A stretch of 21,918 nucleotides of DNA from a virus (Duplodnaviria > Heunggongvirae > Uroviricota > Caudoviricetes), in the IMG/VR virus record IMGVR_UViG_3300008113_000307, positions 1-21,918 of that record; one strand, 5' to 3'. The notes under the pieces are model-generated. The model was not told where the DNA came from. It was given only the letters and a program-made list of their open reading frames with translations, and did no database searches. Shown in pieces: positions 7,924-16,410 of the stretch; positions within the stretch are counted from its first letter, which is position 1; every line of letters starts with the position of its first letter. A program made the translations under genes and the position numbers.

Positions 7924-8427
7924 ATGGCAAATCAACCAAGACAATACAAATACACTTCAACCAAGGAGTATCACGATGCTTTTCCCTGCGCTTATCGCCA
8001 ATGGCGTGCTGATAGTCACTGTAATCTCATTCATGGTTATAGTTTTAGTATGAAGTTCTACTTCGGCACAGACGACCTGGATGTGCGCAACTGGGCCGCT
8101 GACTACGGCGGGCTCAAAGAACTCAAGGGCATCTTGGAAGACCAGTTTGACCATACACTTTTGGTCAGTGCTGATGATCCTGAACTGGCAACGTACCAAC
8201 TGTTGCAGGAGAAAAAGTTGGCCAAACTGACTATTCTGCCTAGACTGGGTTGCGAAGGACTGGCTGACATGCTTTACAAATATGTCAACGGTGTTTACAT
8301 TCCTGACATGTGGGGACAGTCTGAAGCCGATCGCTTGTGGTGTTATCGTGTGGAAGTGCGTGAAACACAAAGCAACATGGCATTCCGTGAAGGACATCGT
8401 GAATGGAACGAGGACTTGTTTGCATGA
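7924..8427 (+). CDS. queD: 6-carboxy-5,6,7,8-tetrahydropterin synthase (PTPS/QueD)
   Basis: FPCAYRQWRADSHCNLIHGY, DYGGLKELK, FDHT, VEVRET; SD AGGAG upstream. Confidence 0.9.
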   Translation: MANQPRQYKYTSTKEYHDAFPCAYRQWRADSHCNLIHGYSFSMKFYFGTDDLDVRNWAADYGGLKELKGILEDQFDHTLLVSADDPELATYQLLQEKKLAKLTILPRLGCEGLADMLYKYVNGVYIPDMWGQSEADRLWCYRVEVRETQSNMAFREGHREWNEDLFA

Positions 8428-9287
8428 CAAAAAAATACAATCTTGCAATCCTGCTGCCCACTAGAGGCAGAACACATGCCCTGGATCGCAGTGTACGGAC
8501 CTTGATTGACAATGCTCACAACATGGACAATGTGCAGATCATGTTTGGGTTCGATCGTGACGATGATGTGGGTCTGACACATTTCAAGTCTAGTCTCCAG
8601 CCTGAACTGGATCAACGTGGTGTGGACTATGTGGCAGTGCAGTTCAATCCATTGGGCTACATCAACATCAATCGCTATGGCAACATTCTAGCACAGCATG
8701 CTAACGCTGATTGGTACATGTTCTGGAACGACGATGCCATAATGGAAACTCCCGAGTGGGATCGAATCATTGGTGAACGCACGGGAGAATTCAAGCTCCT
8801 AGCGGTGCATACACACAACGATCACCCTTACAGCATCTTTCCTATTGTGCCTGCAGAGTGGATGGATATCCTAGGGCACTTGAGCCCGCATCAGATGATT
8901 GACGCCTGGTTGAGTCAACAGGCCTATATGCTGGATATTATGGATCGACTGGAGATTTATGTCACACATGATCGGCACGACTTGACCGGCAATAATGCAG
9001 ATGCCACATTCCGAGGTCGCACTGCACTAGAGGGGCGACCGCACGATCCTGCAGACTTTCATCACATAACTCAAACCCAACGGCGTATGATGGAATGCGA
9101 GAAGCTGGCACAGTACATGCGTAATCAGGGCATGAGCACTGCGTGGTGGGAAGCAGTCAGGGCTGGTACACAGGATCCTTGGGCCAAGCTCAAAGAATTT
9201 GATACCAACCGGCAAATGGTTCAATTCAGTATGAAAGTGGATCCTGCTACTCAGCAAGTTCGTTATGACCCAGAAAATACACAGTAA
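8424..9287 (+). CDS. GT-A (family 2-like) glycosyltransferase
   Basis: ILLPTRGR, FDRDD, YMFWNDD (DxD-like), DAWL. Start at ATG 8424 (ATGA overlap). Confidence 0.8.
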   Translation: MTKKYNLAILLPTRGRTHALDRSVRTLIDNAHNMDNVQIMFGFDRDDDVGLTHFKSSLQPELDQRGVDYVAVQFNPLGYININRYGNILAQHANADWYMFWNDDAIMETPEWDRIIGERTGEFKLLAVHTHNDHPYSIFPIVPAEWMDILGHLSPHQMIDAWLSQQAYMLDIMDRLEIYVTHDRHDLTGNNADATFRGRTALEGRPHDPADFHHITQTQRRMMECEKLAQYMRNQGMSTAWWEAVRAGTQDPWAKLKEFDTNRQMVQFSMKVDPATQQVRYDPENTQ

Positions 9288-9672
9288 AATTTATCCACAG
9301 ATGCTGCTGGTATCTGTGTTGTCGGCCAACACTACAGAGTCTCGTGTGGATGCAGCAGGCACAGATGAAATCCTACAGGCCAGCCTGTTGAGATTACCAC
9401 AGGGCAAGACCATTGCACCACACAAACATCTTTTGCAGTTTCGCAACACACAGGGCACATGCGAAGCCTGGGTGGTGATATCTGGCACTTTGCAAGCCCA
9501 GGTGTTTGATGTTGACAACACCGTGGCAGACACTGTGACGTTGTCAGCAGGAGACTGTATGGTGTTGTATCGTGGCGGTCACAACTTCACAGTGGTGTCT
9601 GAGGACGCTGTGATCTATGAAATCAAAAACGGACCATACTATGGTGCTGTATTTGACTCGGAGAAAATCTAA
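9265..9672 (+). CDS. WbuC-like cupin-fold protein
   Basis: PHKH...E cupin motif 1, GGHNF motif 2, YEIKNGPY. Confidence 0.7.
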   Translation: MTQKIHSKIYPQMLLVSVLSANTTESRVDAAGTDEILQASLLRLPQGKTIAPHKHLLQFRNTQGTCEAWVVISGTLQAQVFDVDNTVADTVTLSAGDCMVLYRGGHNFTVVSEDAVIYEIKNGPYYGAVFDSEKI

Positions 9673-10244
9673 TGCGAGCCGTGGTATTTGGATCCACAGG
9701 TGGTATTGGTGCTTGTGTTAGTCGACAGTTGACTCAACAAGGGCATACTGTGGCAGGGGTCAACCGATCCCAATTGGACTGTGTAGGCGAAGCGTTTGAA
9801 CAAGAGATTTCCAACATTATCTCTCAGACCGAACCTGACTGGATATTCAACTGCATTGGTGTGCTGGGCAACAATCAAAGTGACTATCGTTCGGTATTTG
9901 ATGCCAACTTTGGTAGTGCCTGGGCTATTGTGCGGCATTACATTGAACATCCTGATCAAGCAGTTAAAATCATGCTGACCGGAAGTGCTGTGCACAATCA
10001 ACCCCGACGTAATCTGGTGTTGTATGCTGCCAGCAAGTCAGCACTTCACAACATGTGGCAAAGCACCGAAGACATATTTGCCGGAACCAATGTTCATATT
10101 GCCCTGGTTCATCCGCCCCGAGTCAACACCGCCATGCTGAATGGAAGACCGGGTGCCAGTCTGGAACCAGAATACGTGGCACAGGTCATGATAGACTTGA
10201 CACGCACAATGAAAAGCCGTACACTACTAGAACTAGGAACTTAA
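9672..10244 (+). CDS. Short-chain dehydrogenase/reductase
   Basis: VFGSTGGIG Rossmann motif and YAASK catalytic motif. Confidence 0.85.
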   Translation: MRAVVFGSTGGIGACVSRQLTQQGHTVAGVNRSQLDCVGEAFEQEISNIISQTEPDWIFNCIGVLGNNQSDYRSVFDANFGSAWAIVRHYIEHPDQAVKIMLTGSAVHNQPRRNLVLYAASKSALHNMWQSTEDIFAGTNVHIALVHPPRVNTAMLNGRPGASLEPEYVAQVMIDLTRTMKSRTLLELGT

Positions 10245-10246
10245 CA

Positions 10247-11221
10247 ATGAAAACAGCATTTATCACAGGCATCGCAGGGCAAGACGGCAGCTATTTGGCC
10301 GAGCACCTGTTGGCACAGGGCTACAGAGTCACTGGCATTATCCGACGAAACTCCACAGTAGAACACCAGAAGGATCGCATTGGCAACTTGCCAGTGGAAG
10401 TGGAGTACGGTGACCTTACTGATCAAAGCAGTCTGGAACGTGCCTTGCGTTTGTACCAGCCAGATGAAATCTACAACTTGGGTGCACAAAGTCATGTGCG
10501 TATTTCTAGTGACATTCCACAGTTTACAGCACAGGTCAATGCACTTGGCGTGATCAACATGCTGGAAGCTTATCGAACTGTGGTACCCGAGGCACGGTTT
10601 TATCAAGCCAGTTCTAGCGAGATGTTTGGTAGCAGTGTGGATGCTGACAACTACCAGCGTGAGACCACTCCCATGCGTCCTGTCAGCCCTTATGGTTGTA
10701 CCAAGGTGTTTGCCTACAACATGGTGCATCATTATCGCAAGGCTTATCGACTGCATGCCAGCAACGGCATCTTGTTCAATCACGAAAGCCCACGACGTGG
10801 TTCAAACTTTGTGACCAACAAAGTGGTCAAGGGTGCTGTGGAAATTGCCCTGGGCTTGAGCCGGCAGTTGGAAATGGGCAATATGGACAGTTATCGAGAC
10901 TGGGGTCACAGTTCAGACTATGTGCGAGCCATGCACATGATTGTACAACAAGACAACCCCGACGACTTTGTGGTGTCCACTGGTGTCACTCGTTCAGTAC
11001 GTGACATGTGTGAGTATGTGTTTGGTCGTCTTGGACTGAATTATCAAGACCATGTGGTTCAGAATCCTAAATATCTTCGTCCAGAAGAACTGCCTTACCT
11101 GCGTGGGGACAACACCAAGATCACTACTGAACTTGGATGGAAGCCCACATATACGTTTGAAGCCTTAATGGACGAAATGATTGAGCACTGGCAGCACATC
11201 TACAAGCAAAAGGAAGCATAA
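10247..11221 (+). CDS. gmd: GDP-mannose 4,6-dehydratase
   Basis: AFITGIAGQDGSYLAE, PDEIYNLGAQSHV, FYQASSSEMFG, SPYGCTK, LFNHESPRRG, RDWGH. The true start is ATG 10247. Confidence 0.95.
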   Translation: MKTAFITGIAGQDGSYLAEHLLAQGYRVTGIIRRNSTVEHQKDRIGNLPVEVEYGDLTDQSSLERALRLYQPDEIYNLGAQSHVRISSDIPQFTAQVNALGVINMLEAYRTVVPEARFYQASSSEMFGSSVDADNYQRETTPMRPVSPYGCTKVFAYNMVHHYRKAYRLHASNGILFNHESPRRGSNFVTNKVVKGAVEIALGLSRQLEMGNMDSYRDWGHSSDYVRAMHMIVQQDNPDDFVVSTGVTRSVRDMCEYVFGRLGLNYQDHVVQNPKYLRPEELPYLRGDNTKITTELGWKPTYTFEALMDEMIEHWQHIYKQKEA

Positions 11222-12066
11222 TGAAACTCAAAGTAAGCGAACTATTTTATTCAGCACAAGGCGAAGGACGGTATGTGGGTGTGCCCTCAGTGTTCTTGAG
11301 AACATTTGGCTGCAACTTTACTTGTTCAGGATTTGGATGCAAGCCAGGCGAGAAGAGCACCGAAGCAGACGAAGTGGCCAAGACTGTAGAACTGTACAAG
11401 ACTTTTGAAGAACTACCCCTGGTGGCCACAGGCTGTGACAGTTATGCCAGTTGGCACCCAGACTTCAAACATCTCAGCCCCACATACACCCCACAGGACT
11501 TGGCTGATCGTATGACAGCACTGTTGCCCAACGGTGTGTGGCAACAGCCCAATGGCAACCCTGTGCACCTGGTGATCACCGGAGGCGAACCGTTGCTGGG
11601 CTGGCAACGTGCCTATCCCGAACTGTTGGATATCTTGGCTGAACGAGGTCTGCGGCACATCACATTTGAAACCAACGGCACCCAAGATCTTACGCCAGAC
11701 TTTAAACAGTATCTAGCCAACTGGTTTGGTGAGATCACTTTCAGCGTCAGTCCCAAACTGAGTGTGAGTGGTGAATCTTGGTCAGATGCTATCAAGCCCG
11801 ACGTGGTCTGGGACTACGAATCTTATGGTGTGACCTATCTCAAGTTTGTGGTAGAAAAGCCACAAGACTTTGATGAACTGGATCGTGCTGTGGCCGAGTA
11901 TCGCAGTCGCGAGTTTGCTGGTCCTGTGTTTGTGATGCCCGTGGGCGGTGTGGTGTCAGTTTACAACGGCAACCGAATCAATGTAGCTGACGAAGCACTT
12001 AAACGTGGCTACTGGTACAGTCCTAGACTTCACGTGGACATCTGGGGCAATGGCTGGGGCAAGTGA
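11221..12066 (+). CDS. queE: 7-carboxy-7-deazaguanine synthase (radical SAM)
   Basis: SELFYSAQGEG, VFLRTFGCNFTC, GCDS, VITGGEPLL, ETNGT, SVSPKL, SPRLHVDIWG. Confidence 0.92.
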   Translation: MKLKVSELFYSAQGEGRYVGVPSVFLRTFGCNFTCSGFGCKPGEKSTEADEVAKTVELYKTFEELPLVATGCDSYASWHPDFKHLSPTYTPQDLADRMTALLPNGVWQQPNGNPVHLVITGGEPLLGWQRAYPELLDILAERGLRHITFETNGTQDLTPDFKQYLANWFGEITFSVSPKLSVSGESWSDAIKPDVVWDYESYGVTYLKFVVEKPQDFDELDRAVAEYRSREFAGPVFVMPVGGVVSVYNGNRINVADEALKRGYWYSPRLHVDIWGNGWGK

Positions 12067-12314
12067 TGCTAAAACCCAAATACCGTGACCAAGTGCACCA
12101 AATTCCTGAGCAGGATTGGGGATTGGGTCGTGCGAGACACTGGAGACTCCAACTGTGTTGGCTCCCCAAAAAGTGTTTCTTGACCGGACGACCACTCTGG
12201 GGTCAACTGGCCTATCACGGTGAACGCTGGATCACTGGCCCGGGAGAGCCAGTTGTAGAACACTACTGGATCGACCGAGATGAATTTGTAATGTGGAGAT
12301 TAAAACATGTTTGA
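12063..12314 (+). CDS. Hypothetical protein
   Basis: 83-aa ORF coupled at both ends (GTGA overlap with the queE stop). Confidence 0.65.
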   Translation: MMLKPKYRDQVHQIPEQDWGLGRARHWRLQLCWLPKKCFLTGRPLWGQLAYHGERWITGPGEPVVEHYWIDRDEFVMWRLKHV

Positions 12315-12738
12315 CGGCATAAAAAAATGGCTTGCACAAGAACCCAAAGTCAGCACTCCGATGGCTGCAGCACCACGGAAAGAAATATCAGAACCCAAGG
12401 TCAAGACACGTGCCCGGAATCCTGAAAAGTCAGCCAAGGAACTGGCTACTGAAGCAGGCGAACCTTATGTGGCTGTGTTGAGAATGGATGTGGACCCTGC
12501 CAACCTGCATCAGGGTGCGTTTGAACTGGACTGGAATGAGATCTTTGTGGCTCGCTTGGTCAAGGCTGGCTACATGATGAAAAAAGAAGATCAGGATTCA
12601 GAAATTGTGGATCGTTGGTTCCAGAACATTTGCCGTCATGTTGTGATGGAAACTTGGGAACAAGAAGAAGCCATGCGCAAAAGCGGTATCTGGGTCAAGA
12701 CCACAGACATTGGCGGTGGTAGATCGGAAGTGTCGTGA
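12307..12738 (+). CDS. Hypothetical protein
   Basis: 143-aa ORF with a low-complexity N-terminus and a globular C-terminus; GTGA overlap with the next gene. Confidence 0.75.
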   Translation: MFDGIKKWLAQEPKVSTPMAAAPRKEISEPKVKTRARNPEKSAKELATEAGEPYVAVLRMDVDPANLHQGAFELDWNEIFVARLVKAGYMMKKEDQDSEIVDRWFQNICRHVVMETWEQEEAMRKSGIWVKTTDIGGGRSEVS

Positions 12739-13208
12739 TATTCAATCACATCAAACAACTCAAGGCTGAAGGCAAAAAGATTGGCATCACGTTCAGCACA
12801 TTCGACATGTTGCATGCTGGTCATATTGCCATGCTGAGCGAGGCCCGCAATCACTGTGACTACTTAATTGCTGGCTTGCAAACTGATCCCACTATTGATA
12901 GACCTGACACCAAAAACCCACCAGTGCAATCAATTGTGGAACGACAGATACAATTGGCTGCTTGCCGCTATGTAGACGAAGTTGTGGTATATCAAACTGA
13001 ACAGGACCTGGTGGACTTGCTGCTGATATTGCCTGTGGATGTGCGTATCTTGGGCGTGGAGTACGAGCACCAGGAATTTACTGGCCGCAACGAATGTCAT
13101 GGTCGAGGTATTGATCTTGTGTTCAACGGTAGAGATCACAGTTTTTCCAGTTCAAGCCTGCGTAAGCGGGTGGCTCATGCTGAAACTCTAAAAACATTAA
13201 AACAATGA
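12735..13208 (+). CDS. Cytidylyltransferase, TagD/glycerol-3-phosphate cytidylyltransferase-like
   Basis: TFSTFDMLHAGH (HxGH), ACRYVDEV, FSSSSLRKR. Confidence 0.88.
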   Translation: MIFNHIKQLKAEGKKIGITFSTFDMLHAGHIAMLSEARNHCDYLIAGLQTDPTIDRPDTKNPPVQSIVERQIQLAACRYVDEVVVYQTEQDLVDLLLILPVDVRILGVEYEHQEFTGRNECHGRGIDLVFNGRDHSFSSSSLRKRVAHAETLKTLKQ

Positions 13209-13921
13209 TTTTGTATGTCAACGGCGACAGTCATGCTGCTGCTGCAGAAGCGGTGAATCCACATGCCTGGGCCTGTGATGACGGCCTGTATTGGGGACTG
13301 GGTCAGCAGCCGCATCCCGACAACGAGCGTGTGAGTTTTGGCTGTGAACTGGCCAATTGGCTCAATGCTATCTTGTACTTAGACGCACAGGCTGGAGGAT
13401 CCAACGCCAGAATCATGAGGACCACACGGGACTGGATATCGCAGCAGACTTCTGCTGTGTTACAGGACACCTTTGTGGTACTGCAGTGGAGCACTTGGGA
13501 ACGCCAAGAATGGTTGATCAACGAGGAATATCTACAGGTCAATGCATCCGGTGTAGATCATGTGCCTGAGAGCCATCAGCCGCAGTATCGGGAGTTTGTG
13601 GCCGGCATAGACTGGGCTGCATGCGAAGCACAGGCACATGCTGAAATTCATCGGTTCCATTTAGAACTACAGGATCAGAATATTGCACATGTGATGTTCA
13701 ATGGCAACAGCCATTTTGAATCACAACCACTCTACTACAACTGGCACAACTGTTACATGCACCCCTATGATCCTGCCCGAACCTATGATCGTGTGCTAAA
13801 AAACAACGGATTCCGCACAGTAAATCCTGATAGTTGGCATTTTGGTCCAGATGCCCATTGCTTTTGGGGCGAATATCTGCTACAATATATTAACGCCAAT
13901 AACTTACTGCCCACACAATGA
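13205..13921 (+). CDS. SGNH-hydrolase-like hypothetical protein
   Basis: N-terminal NGDSH (GDS block I), AQAGGSN (block II), late WHFGPDAH. Confidence 0.6.
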   Translation: MILYVNGDSHAAAAEAVNPHAWACDDGLYWGLGQQPHPDNERVSFGCELANWLNAILYLDAQAGGSNARIMRTTRDWISQQTSAVLQDTFVVLQWSTWERQEWLINEEYLQVNASGVDHVPESHQPQYREFVAGIDWAACEAQAHAEIHRFHLELQDQNIAHVMFNGNSHFESQPLYYNWHNCYMHPYDPARTYDRVLKNNGFRTVNPDSWHFGPDAHCFWGEYLLQYINANNLLPTQ

Positions 13922-14952
13922 AATATCTCCTGATCGATACCAGCAACATGTTCTTTCGTGCTCGGCATCAGGCACACCGTGCCGCCGACACATGGACCAA
14001 GCTGGGTTTTGCTCTGCACCTGACTTTTATGAGTGCCAACAAGGTAGCACGTGACATTGGTGCTGATCACGTGGTATTTGCCCTGGAAGGGCGTAGCTGG
14101 CGCAAGGATGTGTACAAGCCCTACAAGGCCAATCGTGCTGTGGCTCGGGGCAAGATGAACGAGACCGAAGCAGAAGAAGACAAGATGTTCTGGGAAACAT
14201 ATGACCTGCTGACACAGTATCTGGCCGCCAAGACCAACTGCAGTGTGCTTCGTTGTGCCACTGCTGAAGCAGATGACATTATTGCTCGTTGGATTGCACT
14301 ACACCCTGCGGATGAACATGTGATTGTGAGTTCAGACTCGGACTTTGTGCAGTTGGTGGCACCCAATGTCAAGCTCTACAACGGCATTAACGATCACTTG
14401 TTTGCTGTGGACGGCGTCACAGATGCCAAAGGCCGTCGACTGGCATTCACTATCGAAAGCAACAGCAAGATCAAAGTGGGCAAGCCTGACCCTGAGTTTG
14501 TGGCACCCGAAGACTATCAGAAGTGGGTGTTGTTCATGAAGTGCATGCGTGGCGACCCAGGTGACAATGTGTTCTCGGCCTATCCAGGTGTGCGTGTGAA
14601 AGGTACCAAGAATCAAGTGGGCCTAACTGAAGCATTTGAAGACCGCGAACGTCGTGGCTATGCCTGGAACAACATGATGTTGCAACGCTGGACTGATCAC
14701 GAGCAGACGGAACACCGTGTGCTGGACGACTACGAACGCAACCGTACTCTGATCGATCTCACAGCACAACCACAAGAGATCAAGGATGTTGTGGATGCTG
14801 TGATCCTCGAACAGGTCACACACAAGGACGTGGGCATGGTGGGTGCACACTTTATGAAATTCTGTGGCAAGTATGATCTTGTCAAGCTCAGCGACTACGC
14901 AGATTCAGTAGGTCGCTGGCTCAACGCAACGTATCAAGGAGTATTAAAATGA
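13918..14952 (+). CDS. rnh: T4 RNase H-like 5'-3' exonuclease/flap endonuclease
   Basis: LLIDTSN, SWRKDVYKPYKANR, EADDIIA, SSDSDFVQL, RGDPGDNV. Confidence 0.88.
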   Translation: MKYLLIDTSNMFFRARHQAHRAADTWTKLGFALHLTFMSANKVARDIGADHVVFALEGRSWRKDVYKPYKANRAVARGKMNETEAEEDKMFWETYDLLTQYLAAKTNCSVLRCATAEADDIIARWIALHPADEHVIVSSDSDFVQLVAPNVKLYNGINDHLFAVDGVTDAKGRRLAFTIESNSKIKVGKPDPEFVAPEDYQKWVLFMKCMRGDPGDNVFSAYPGVRVKGTKNQVGLTEAFEDRERRGYAWNNMMLQRWTDHEQTEHRVLDDYERNRTLIDLTAQPQEIKDVVDAVILEQVTHKDVGMVGAHFMKFCGKYDLVKLSDYADSVGRWLNATYQGVLK

Positions 14953-15395
14953 TTGTGGCAAAGCCGGTTATTCCAGATCGTTATTGGATACTGAAACAAA
15001 ATGACCGCAAAGTAGGTCAGATCGAAGCTACTGACAACGGAGTGGTCGTAAAGATACAGAATCAGGTGGTTGGTTACAAAACCATCCGGATGGCCAGTCG
15101 TGATGCCAACATTGAGTTCACCAAACTGGCCAGTGCTGCCAAGGCAGTGACCAATCAGGTGCACGGATACGAAGTGTCAGGTAGAGTATACAATCCTGTA
15201 TGGGATGTAAAACATCGACTGCCGTTGTTCACTCGAGATACCAAAAGCAAAAGCTGGTATGCAGCTGGGTGGTACATGGTCAAACAACATCGTGCCTGGA
15301 AAGCTGTACAACATCCCAAACTAATCACCTTGCAACGCTATACGTACCAAGGTCCATTTCATTCAAAGGAACAAGCAAATGAATCCGTTTCGTGA
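14949..15395 (+). CDS. Hypothetical protein
   Basis: 148-aa ORF with ATGA overlap. Confidence 0.75.
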   Translation: MIVAKPVIPDRYWILKQNDRKVGQIEATDNGVVVKIQNQVVGYKTIRMASRDANIEFTKLASAAKAVTNQVHGYEVSGRVYNPVWDVKHRLPLFTRDTKSKSWYAAGWYMVKQHRAWKAVQHPKLITLQRYTYQGPFHSKEQANESVS

Positions 15396-15786
15396 TCAAG
15401 AAAAATTTATGCGGGCCTGTGATCAGACCGTAGACATCTACAATCAAGAACAATACAAACTGTACCTTGACCTTATGGAAGAAGAATGGAAAGAGCTCAA
15501 GGCTGCACTGTTGATGAATGATCCAGTTGAACAACTGGATGCACTCCTGGATTTTATTGTGGTCACAACCGGTGCTATCCACAGTGCCGGGTTTGATGGG
15601 GAAGGTGGCTGGAAAGAAGTCATGAAGACCAACTTTGCCAAGATCGATCGAGAAACCGGCAAGGTTCGCAAGCGTGAAGATGGCAAAGTGCTCAAGCCAA
15701 CCGGCTGGACACCTCCTAACTTGAAGCCGTTTGTGACTCGTCAGGGCGTGGCTGAAAACGGCTATGCTGCTCCTGATCACCTGTGA
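15379..15786 (+). CDS. MazG-like all-alpha NTP pyrophosphohydrolase (DR2231/dUTPase-like)
   Basis: EEEWKEL...EQLDALLD (ExxE...ExxD), NFAKI, REDGKVLKP. Confidence 0.85.
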   Translation: MNPFRDQEKFMRACDQTVDIYNQEQYKLYLDLMEEEWKELKAALLMNDPVEQLDALLDFIVVTTGAIHSAGFDGEGGWKEVMKTNFAKIDRETGKVRKREDGKVLKPTGWTPPNLKPFVTRQGVAENGYAAPDHL

Positions 15787-16034
15787 TCAACATGACTGAG
15801 CAGGAGGCCCGTGAGTTCATTAGACGAGTCATGGGTCCTCAACGTCGTGAACTTGAGGGCGAGGAACGTGATCAGGTGTTGCTGATGTTGGCCATGATGG
15901 GCGGACCAACAGTCACCAGCAACAACCAGCACTCGTATTCGGAAGACTATGTGCATGCTGGTCGTCACTGGTGTGTGACCACTTGGCCCAATGGACAATA
16001 CATTGTAGAGGAGATTGAACGTGAAAACTCGTGA
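15783..16034 (+). CDS. Hypothetical protein
   Basis: 83-aa ORF with GTGA overlap. Confidence 0.6.
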   Translation: MINMTEQEAREFIRRVMGPQRRELEGEERDQVLLMLAMMGGPTVTSNNQHSYSEDYVHAGRHWCVTTWPNGQYIVEEIERENS

Positions 16035-16218
16035 AGAAATTATTACTGCCATGTGCTATACTTGGCGACATGACTATGGGCTTGACCGTCAAGAACATGA
16101 TGGGCCCGGTGGCCTGATCAGTATGGGGTTGACCGCTGCACAACGAGAAATTCTCCGGCAGAAGATGGAACAGATTTTTGACAATGACATTGCACCTAAC
16201 ATGGAGTTCAAGCAATGA
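16021..16218 (+). CDS. Hypothetical protein
   Basis: GTG start 7 nt after GAGGAG (16008-13); ATGA overlap downstream. Confidence 0.65.
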   Translation: MKTREEIITAMCYTWRHDYGLDRQEHDGPGGLISMGLTAAQREILRQKMEQIFDNDIAPNMEFKQ

Positions 16219-16379
16219 GCCTACACATCAATCGCTTTGTGGATTCAATCAAAGCACATGAAGCACGTGGACAGCGTGACTTTACCATGAGCCTGCGTGA
16301 TGCCAAAGATCTGCATGCTGACATCACCAAACTGCTGTTGACCTTACAAGCCTTGAGCACGGACTTTAAAAACTCCTAG
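16215..16379 (+). CDS. Small hypothetical protein (54 aa) missed by the ORF track
   Basis: MSLHINRFVDSIKAHEARGQRDFTMSLRDAKDLHADITKLLLTLQALSTDFKNS*; ATGA-coupled and fills the gap exactly. Confidence 0.7.
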   Translation: MSLHINRFVDSIKAHEARGQRDFTMSLRDAKDLHADITKLLLTLQALSTDFKNS

Positions 16380-16404
16380 TTTATGGCATAAATAATGCTA
16401 GGAG
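16373..16404 (+). promoter_or_regulatory. Late-promoter-like ATAAATA inside an RBS-sequestering hairpin
   Basis: CTCCTAG(16373-79)/CTAGGAG(16398-404) stem covers the SD AGGAG; ATAAATA at 16388-94 lies between the arms. Confidence 0.6.
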
Positions 16405-16410
16405 CAACCC

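Noticed and set aside
10055-10246. N-terminal extension of gmd predicted from 10055
   Set aside because: It overlaps the SDR gene; the Rossmann motif starts right after ATG 10247. Similar over-extended starts were trimmed at 4644, 6347, 8403 and 16015.
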